DNA from: the human T2T-CHM13v2.0 reference genome, Homo sapiens | Reading direction: 5' to 3' | Assembly: GCA_009914755.4 (NCBI GenBank) | Contig: CP086569.2 | Coordinates: forward strand, 53,120,001 to 53,184,000 | Length of the DNA: 64,000 nt | Shown: positions 55,626 to 64,000 of the stretch, one piece after another | Layout: each line of letters starts with the position of its first letter | Numbering within the stretch: the first letter of the stretch is position 1 | Notes under the pieces: generated by a model | Databases searched by the model: none | What the model saw: the letters and a program-made list of their open reading frames with translations, nothing else | Told to the model about the DNA's origin: nothing | Made by a program: the position numbers and the translations under genes

Positions 55626-58600
55626 GGACTCGTTTGGAATGGTCTAGTATGCAGTGCAATCGACTGGCAGGGAATCAAAAGGAATGTAATCGAATGGATT
55701 GGACTGGAATGCAATGGACTCGAATAGATTGGAAACGGAAAGCAAAGGAATGGAATGGAATAGTATGGAATGGAATGGATAGGAATGGAGAGGAATAGAC
55801 TAGAGTGGAATGGAATGGACTCGAAAGCAATGGACTGGAATGGAACTTTCTTGAATGGACTGGAATCAAACGGAATGGAATGCAATGCAATCAAATGGCA
55901 TGGAATAAAATAGAATGAAAGAGAATCAAATGGAATTGAATCGAATGGAATCGAATGGATTGGAAAGGAATAGAATGGAATGGAATGGAATTGACTCAAA
56001 TGGAATGGACTAGAATGGAATGGATTCGAATGGAAGGCAAAGGAATGGAATCTATTGGAATGGACTGTAATGGAATGGAATGGAAGGGATTGGAATGGAC
56101 TCGAATGGAATGGACTGCAATAGAAAGGATTCGAATGGAATGAAAAAGAATTGAATGGAATAGAACAGAATGGAATCAAATCGAATGAAATGGAATGGAA
56201 TAGAAAGGAATGGAATGAAATGGAATGGAAAGGATTCGAATGGAATGCAATCGAATGGAATGCAATCGAATGGAATGGAATCGAACGGAATGGAATAAAA
56301 TGGAAGAAAACTGGCAAGAAATGGAGTCGAAATGAATGGAGTGTTATGGAACGGACTCAAAAGGAATTGAATGTAATAGAATGGAGTGGAGTGGACTCGA
56401 ATATAATGGACTGGAATGGAATGAAATCACATGGAATGGGAACGAATGGAATGGAATGGAAAGGAATGGAATCGAATGGAAAGGAATCGAATGGAAGGGA
56501 ATGAAATTGAATCAACAGGAATGGAAGGGAGTAGAATAGACGGTAATGGAATGGACTCGAATAGAATGGACACGAATGCTCAAATTGAATGGACTCGAAT
56601 GGAATGGAAACGAAAGGAATGTCATCGAATGGAATTGAATCGATTGGAATGAAATCACATAGAATGGAGTGGAATCAAATGGAATTGAATCGAAAGGAAA
56701 GGAAGCGAATGGACTGAAATGAAATGGAATGGAATTGAATGGAAATTAATGCAATGGAATAGAATGGAACGAAATTTCACGGAATGGAATCAAACTGAAT
56801 GGAATCAAATCAATGGAATATAATCAAATGGAATGGAAAGGAATTGAATGGAGTAGATTGGATTGGATGGGATTGGAATGAAATGTACTGGAAAGGACTC
56901 GAATTTCATGAAACGGAATGGAATGAATTAGAACGGAATGGACTCGAATGGAATGGAATGTCATGGAATGGCATCAAATGGAATGGAATCGAATGCGATG
57001 GAATGCTATGGAATGGAATGGAATGCATTGGAATGGAATGTCCTCTAATGGAATGTATTCGAGTGGAATGGAATCGAATATAATGGAGTCTAATGAAAGG
57101 GAATTGAAAGGAATGGGACCGAATACAATGGAATATACTGGAATGTAATGTAATGAACTCGAATGTAATTGACTGGAATGGAATGTACATGAATGGAATG
57201 TAATCGAATGGAAAGCAATCCAATGGAATAGAATCTAATGCAATAAAATCGACTCAAATAGAGTAGAATGTAATGGAATGGAGTGCAGTGCAATGGAATG
57301 GAATGGAATGGAATGCAATGGAATGGAATGTTATGGAATGGAATGGAATGCATTGGAATGGAATGTCCTCTAATGGAATGTATTCGAGTGGAATGGAATC
57401 GAATATAATGGAGTCTAATGAAAGGGAATTGAAAGGAATGGGACCGAATACAATGGAATATACTGGAATGTAATGTAATGAACTCGAATGTAATTGACTG
57501 GAATGGAATGTACATGAATGGAATGTAATCGAATGGAAAGCAATCCAATGGAATAGAATCTAATGCAATAAAATCGACTCAAATAGAGTAGAATGTAATG
57601 GAATAGAGTGCAGTGCAATGGAATGGAATGGAATGGAATGCAATGGAATGGAATGGAATGGAATGGAATGGAATGGGATGGAATGGTATGGAACGGATAG
57701 TAATAGACTGGAGTGAAATGGACTGGAAAAGAATGGACTCAAATTGAAAGGGCTCGAAAGGAATGGAGTCAAATGGAATGGTCTGGAATGGAATGAACAC
57801 GAATGTAATGCAATCCAATAGAATGGAATCGAATGGCATGGAATATAAAGAAATGGAATCGAAGAGAATGGAAACAAATGGAATGGAATTGAATGGAATG
57901 GAATTGAATGGAATGGGAACGAATGGAGTGAAATTGTATGCAGTAGAAGAGAATAGAATGGAATGCAAGCGAAAGGAAAGGAATGGATTGGAATGGAATG
58001 GAATTCATTGGAATGGAAGGGAATGTAGTGTAATGGACAGGCCTGGAATAAAGTGGAATGCTACGGTCTCGAATGGAATAAAAATGTATGGAATGGAATG
58101 CAATGAAACGGAATCGAATGTCATAGAATGTAATGGAATGCAAAAAAATGGAATCCAAAATCATTGACTGGAAAGGCTGGGTGTCGAAAGGAATTGACTC
58201 CAATGGAATGGAATCGAATGGAATGGAAGTGAATAGAATCGAACTAAATCGAATGGAATGGAATTGATAGGAACGGAATGGAAAGGAATGCAATGATTTG
58301 GCATGGAATGGAATCGAATGGCATCGAATGGAATGGAATGGAATGCAATGGAATGGAATGTATTAGAATGTAATGAACTTTAATGGAATGTACTCGAATG
58401 GATTCGACTGGAATGGAATGTTCTCGAAGTGAATGGACTCCAATGGAATGGATTCGAAAGGAATGGAATCTAATGGAATGGAATTAAATGGAAATGAATC
58501 AAATTGAATAGAACGGAATTGAATTGAATGGAATCGAATGCAATGGAATCTAATGAAACGGAAAGGAAAGGAATGGAATGGATTGGAATGGAATGGGCTG

Positions 58601-59514
58601 GAATGGAATGGAATCGAAACGAATGGAATGGAATCGAACTGAAGAGACTGGAATGGAATGCACTGGAATGGAAGGGAATGTAATGGAAGGTTCTCGAAAA
58701 AAATGGAATCGAAAGGAAAGGAATTGAATGGAACGGAATAGAGTCGAATGGAATTCAATGGAATGGAATGGACTAGAGAGAAATGGAATCGAACCACAAG
58801 GAATGGACAGGAATAGAATGGTCTCGAATTGAATGGAATCGTATGGAATGGCATCAAACGGAATGGAATGGACAGCCACGGAATGGAATGGACACCCACG
58901 GAATGGAATGCACTCGAATGCAATGGAGTCGACACTAATGGACTGGAATAGAATGGAGTCGACTGGTACGGACTCCAATGGAATGGAATCGAATGGAAGG
59001 GAATCGAACGGAATGGACTCGAAGGGAAAAGACTGCAATGGAAAGGTCTCCAATGGAATGGAAATTAATGGAATGGAATGGAATCGAATGAAATGGAGTC
59101 AAAAGGAATGGAATCGAATGGCAAGAAATCGAATGTAATGGAATCGCAAGGAATTGATGTGAACGGAACGGAATGGAATGGAATCCAAAGGAATGGAATA
59201 GAATGGAATGGAATCGAATGGAAAGGACTCGAATGGAAATCACTCGAATAGAATGCAATTTAATAAAATAGGATCAAATGTAATGGAATGGAATGGAAAG
59301 GAATCGAAACGAAAGGAAAGGAGACAGATGGAATGGAATGGAACAGAGAGCAATGGTATAGAATGGAATGGAATCATCTGGAATGGAAGTGAATGGAATG
59401 GAATAATATGAAATGGAATGGAATTTAATGGAATGGAATGCCCTTGTATTAAATGGACTGGAATGGAATGGACTCGAACAGAGTGGAATGGAAAGTGTTG
59501 AAATAGAATGGAAT
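55626..59514. repeat. DYZ1-like unit 13, 3889 bp, containing a 325-bp internal tandem duplication.
   Basis: Anchor spacing. The duplicated segment is about 57005-57330 and 57330-57655. Confidence 0.85.
57005..57655. repeat. Local tandem duplication of 2 x ~325 bp inside a DYZ1-like unit.
   Basis: At ~57330 the sequence switches from '...gtgcagtgcaatggaatggaatggaatggaatgcaatggaatggaatg' back to 'ttatggaatggaatggaatgcattggaatggaatgtcctctaatggaatgtattcgagtgg', which first occurred at ~57005. ORFs 56948..57148 and 57273..57473 are the same peptide at a +325 offset. This unit is 3889 bp against ~3564 bp. Confidence 0.8.
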
Positions 59515-62500
59515 GGACTCGTTTGGAATGGTCTAGTATGCAATGCAATCGACTGGCAGGGAATCAAAAGGAATGTAATCGAATGGATTGGACTGGAATG
59601 CAATGGACTCGAATAGATTGGAAACGGAAAGCAAAGGAATGGAATGGAATAGTATGGAATGGAATGGAAAGGAATGGAGAGGAATAGACTAGAGTGGAAT
59701 GGAATGGACTCGAAAGCAATGGACTGGAATGGAACTTTCTTGAATGGACTGGAATCAAACGGAATGGAATGCAATGCAATCAAATGGCATGGAATAAAAT
59801 AGAATGAAAGAGAATCAAATGGAATTGAATCGAATGGAATCGAATGGATTGGAAAGGAATAGAATGGAATGGAATGGAATTGACTCAAATGGAATGGACT
59901 AGAATGGAATGGATTCGAATGGAAGGCAAAGGAATGGAATCTATTGGAATGGACTGTAATGGAATGGAATGGAAGGGATTGGAATGGACTCGAATGGAAT
60001 GGACTGAAATAGAAAGGATTCGAATGGAATGAAAAAGAATTGAATGGAATAGAACAGAATGGAATCAAATCGAATGAAATGGAATGGAATAGAAAGGAAT
60101 GGAATGAAATGGAATGGAAAGGATTCGAATGGAATGCAATCGAATGGAATGAAATCGAATGGAATGGAATCGAACGGAATGGAATAAAATGGAAGAAAAC
60201 TGGCAAGAAATGGAGTCGAAATGAATGGAGTGTTATGGAACGGACTCAAAAGGAATTGAATGTAATAGAATGGAGTGGAGTGGACTCGAATATAATGGAC
60301 TGGAATGGAATGAAATCACATGGAATGGGAACGAATGGAATGGAATGGAAAGGAATGGAATCGAATGGAAAGGAATCGAATGGAAGGGAATGAAATTGAA
60401 TCAACAGGAATGGAAGGGAGTAGAATAGACGGTAATGGAATGGACTCGAATAGAATGGACACGAATGCTCAAATTGAATGGACTCGAATGGAATGGCAAC
60501 GAAAGGAATGTCATCGAATGGAATTGAATCGATTGGAATGAAATCACATAGAATGGAGTGGAATCAAATGGAATTGAATCGAAAGGAAAGGAAGCGAATG
60601 GACTGAAATGAAATGGAATGGAATTGAATGGAAATTAATGCAATGGAATAGAATGGAACGAAATTTCACGGAATGGAATCAAACTGAATGGAATCAAATC
60701 AATGGAATATAATCAAATGGAATGGAAAGGAATTGAATGGAGTAGATTGGATTGGATGGGATTGGAATGAAATGTACTGGAAAGGACTCGAATTTCATGA
60801 AACGGAATGGAATGAATTAGAACGGAATGGACTCGTATGGAATGGAATGTCATGGAATGGCATCAAATGGAATGGAATCGAATGCGATGGAATGCTATGG
60901 AATGGAATGGAATGCATTGGAATGGAATGTCCTCTAATGGAATGTATTCGAGTGGAATGGAATCGAATATAATGGAGTCTAATGAAAGGGAATTGAAAGG
61001 AATGGGACCGAATACAATGGAATATACTGGAATGTAATGTAATGAACTCGAATGTAATTGACTGGAATGGAATGTACATGAATGGAATGTAATCGAATGG
61101 AAAGCAATCCAATGGAATAGAATCTAATGCAATAAAATCGACTCAAATAGAGTAGAATGTAATGGAATGGAGTGCAGTGCAATGGAATGGAATGGAATGG
61201 AATGCAATGGAATGGAATGGAATGGAATGGAATGGGATGGAATGGGATGGAATGGATAGTAATGGACTGGAGTGAAATGGACTGGAAAAGAATGGACTCA
61301 AATTGAAAGGGCTCGAAAGGAATGGAGTCAAATGGAATGGTCTGGAATGGAATGAACACGAATGTAATGCAATCCAATGGAATGGAATCGAATGGCATGG
61401 AATATAAAGAAATGGAATCGAAGAGAATGGAAACAAATGGAATGGAATTGAATGGAATGGAATTGAATGGAATGGGAACGAATGGAGTGAAATTGTATGC
61501 AGTAGAAGAGAATAGAATGGAATGCAAGCGAAAGGAAAGGAATGGATTGGAATGGAATGGAATTCATTGGAATGGAAGGGAATGTAGTGTAATGGACAGG
61601 CCTGGAATAAAGTGGAATGCTACGGTCTCGAATGGAATAAAAATGTATGGAATGGAATGCAATGAAACGGAATCGAATGTCATAGAATGTAATGGAATGC
61701 AAAAAAATGGACTCCAAAATCATTGACTGGAAAGGCTGGGTGTCGAAAGGAATTGACTCCAATGGAATGGAAGTGAATAGAATGGAACTAAATCGAATGG
61801 AATGGAATTGATAGGAACGGAATGGAAAGGAATGCAATGATTTGGCATGGAATGGAATCGAATGGCATCGAATGGAATGGAATGGAATGCAATGGAATGG
61901 AATGTATTAGAATGTAATGAACTTTAATGGAATGTACTCGAATGGATTCGACTGGAATGGAATGTTCTCGAAGTGAATGGACTCCAATGGAATGGATTCG
62001 AAAGGAATGGAATCTAATGGAATGGAATTAAATGGAAATGAATCAAATTGAATAGAACGGAATTGAATTGAATGGAATCGAATGCAATGGAATCTAATGA
62101 AACGGAAAGGAAAGGAATGGAATGGATTGGAATGGAATGGGCTGGAATGGAATGGAATCGAAACGAATGGAATGGAATCGAACTGAAGAGACTGGAATGG
62201 AATGCACTGGAATGGAAGGGAATGTAATGGAAGGTTCTCGAAAAAAATGGAATCGAAAGGAATGGAATTGAATGGAACGGAATAGAGTCGAATGGAATTC
62301 AATGGAATGGAATGGACTAGAGTGAAATGGAATCGAACCACAAGGAATGGACAGGAATAGAATGGTCTCGAATTGAATGGAATCGTATGGAATGGCATCA
62401 AACGGAATGGAATGGACAGCCACGGAATGGAATGGACACCCACGGAATGGAATGCACTCGAATGCAATGGAGTCGACACTAATGGACTGGAATAGAATGG

Positions 62501-63053
62501 ACTCGACTGGTACGGACTCCAATGGAATGGAATCGAATGGAAGGGAATCGAACGGAATGGACTCGAAGGGAAAAGACTGCAATGGAAAGGTCTCCAATGG
62601 AATGGAAATTAATGGAATGGAATGGAATCGAATGAAATGGAGTCAAAAGGAATGGAATCGAATGGCAAGAAATCGAATGTAATGGAATCGCAAGGAATGG
62701 ATGTGAACGGAACGGAATGGAATGGAATCCAAAGGAATGGAATAGAATGGAATGGAATCGAATGGAAAGGACTCGAATGGAAATCACTCGAATAGAATGC
62801 AATTTAATAAAATAGGATCAAATGTAATGGAATGGAATGGAAAGGAATCGAAACGAAAGGAATGGAGACAGATGGAATGGAATGGAACAGAGAGCAATGG
62901 TATAGAATGGAATGGAATCATCTGGAATGGAATTGAATGGAATGGAATAATATGAAATTGAAAGGAATGGAATGGAATGCCCTTGAATTAAATGGACTGG
63001 AATGGAATGGACTCGAACGGAGTGGAATGGAAAGTGTTGAAATAGAATGGAAT
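59515..63053. repeat. DYZ1-like unit 14, 3539 bp.
   Basis: Anchor spacing. Confidence 0.85.
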
Positions 63054-64000
63054 GGACTCGTTTGGAATGGTCTAGTATGCAATGCAATCGACTGGCAGGG
63101 AATCAAAAGGAATGTAATCGAATGGATTGGACTGGAATGCAATGGACTCGAATAGATTGGAAACGGAAAGCAAAGGAATGGAATGGAATAGTATGGAATG
63201 CAATGGAAAGGAATGGAGTGGAATAGACTAGAGTGGAATGGAATGGACTCGAAAGCAATGGACTGGAATGGAACTTTCTTGAATGGACTGGAATCAAACG
63301 GAATGGAATGCAATGCAATCAAATGGCATGGAATAAAATAGAATGAAAGAGAATGAAATGGAATTGAATCGAATGGAATCGAATGGATTGGAAAGGAATA
63401 GAATGGAATGGAATGGAATTGACTCAAATGGAATGGACTAGAATGGAATGGATTCGAATGGAAGGCAAAGGAATGGAATCTATTGGAATGGACTGTAATG
63501 GAATGGAATGGAAGGGATTGGAATGGACTCGAATGGAATGGACTGCAATAGAAAGGATTCGAATGGAATGAAAAAGAATTGAATGGAATAGAACAGAATG
63601 GAATCAAATCGAATGAAATGGAATGGAATAGAAAGGAATGGAATGAAATGGAATGGAAAGGATTCGAATGGAATGCAATCGAATGGAATGCAATCGAATG
63701 GAATGGAATCGAACGGAATGGAATAAAATGGAAGAAAACTGGCAAGAAATGGAATCGAAATGAACGGAGTGTTATGGAACGGACTCAAAAGGAATTGAAT
63801 GTAATAGAATGGAGTGGAGTGGACTCGAATATAATGGACTGGAATGGAATGAAATCACATGGAATGGGAACGAATGGAATGGAATGGAAAGGAATGGAAT
63901 CGAATGGAAAGGAATCGAATGGAAGGGAATGAAATTGAATCAACAGGAATGGAAGGGAGTAGAATAGACGGTAATGGAATGGACTCGAATAGAATGGACA
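63054..64000. repeat. DYZ1-like unit 15, partial, running off the window end.
   Basis: The anchor motif is at 63054. Confidence 0.8.

Larger units (their letters stand above)
13883..64000. repeat. Satellite III (HSat3) array, (GGAAT)n-derived with the GGAAT strand on +, organised as a ~3.55-kb higher-order repeat of DYZ1 type. It holds 14 complete units plus one partial unit.
   Basis: The sequence is dominated by ggaat/gaatg pentamers with interspersed diverged motifs. An anchor motif 'ggactc[gc]tttggaatggt[cg]tagtatgcaatgcaatcgactggcaggg' recurs at 13883, 16662, 20220, 23779, 27319, 30833, 34382, 37896, 41445, 44994, 48543, 52062, 55626, 59515 and 63054. There is one 'caggcctgg' HaeIII site per unit. 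A ~3.56-kb pentamer-based HaeIII repeat is the established description of human DYZ1. Confidence 0.85.

Noticed and set aside
55385-56317. A 310-aa minus-strand ORF, and many similar 100-275 aa ORFs across 14000-64000, as candidate proteins of a novel system.
   Set aside because: They are pentamer-repeat frame artefacts producing FHSIP/MEWNG-type low-complexity peptides. They overlap opposite-strand ORFs everywhere and recur with the satellite period. There is no start or stop context or domain-like composition.
13883-64000. Highly regular short repeats as a CRISPR array.
   Set aside because: There is no repeat-spacer architecture. It is a contiguous 5-bp (GGAAT) satellite with a 3.55-kb higher-order period in a eukaryotic, Alu-containing context.
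13883-64000. Alpha-satellite or centromeric array, or HSat2.
   Set aside because: There is no 171-bp periodicity or CENP-B-box-like monomers. The base motif is ggaat with long pure (ggaat)n runs, and the organisation is a ~3.55-kb unit, which fits HSat3 / DYZ1 better than the more degenerate 23/26-bp HSat2 pattern. Distinguishing HSat3 sub-families by eye remains uncertain.

Overview
This window is human constitutive heterochromatin, most consistent with the Yq12 satellite block of the Y chromosome. I found no protein-coding genes, no prokaryotic-style system and no CRISPR array.

Positions 1 to about 13882 are an AT-rich satellite with a ~2.42-kb unit of the HSat1B / DYZ2 type. Each unit holds a 5'-truncated Alu on the minus strand, a ~560-bp non-AT spacer and a ~1.56-kb (A+T)-rich segment.

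At about 13880-13884 the DYZ2-like array ends abruptly, in the middle of an AT-rich segment. From there to 64000 the sequence is a (GGAAT)n-based Satellite III (HSat3) array, with the GGAAT strand on +. It is organised as a ~3.55-kb higher-order repeat of the DYZ1 type. There are 14 complete units of 2779-3889 bp plus one partial unit.

Every ORF in the supplied track is a reading-frame artefact of these repeats. Pentamer repeats lack stop codons in several frames, so GGAATGGAAT reads MEWNG on the plus strand and FHSIP-type repeats on the minus strand.

Structural points of interest:
- The exact DYZ2/DYZ1 junction.
- A DYZ2 unit variant that lacks the Alu and spacer.
- Two DYZ2 sub-families with a divergence gradient toward the junction.
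- A ~675-bp deletion variant in the first DYZ1 unit.
- A 325-bp intra-unit tandem duplication.
- A locally near-perfect ~7.06-kb dimeric super-periodicity inside the DYZ1 array.

All family names and the chromosomal assignment are inferences from sequence architecture and established satellite biology. No database search was run.
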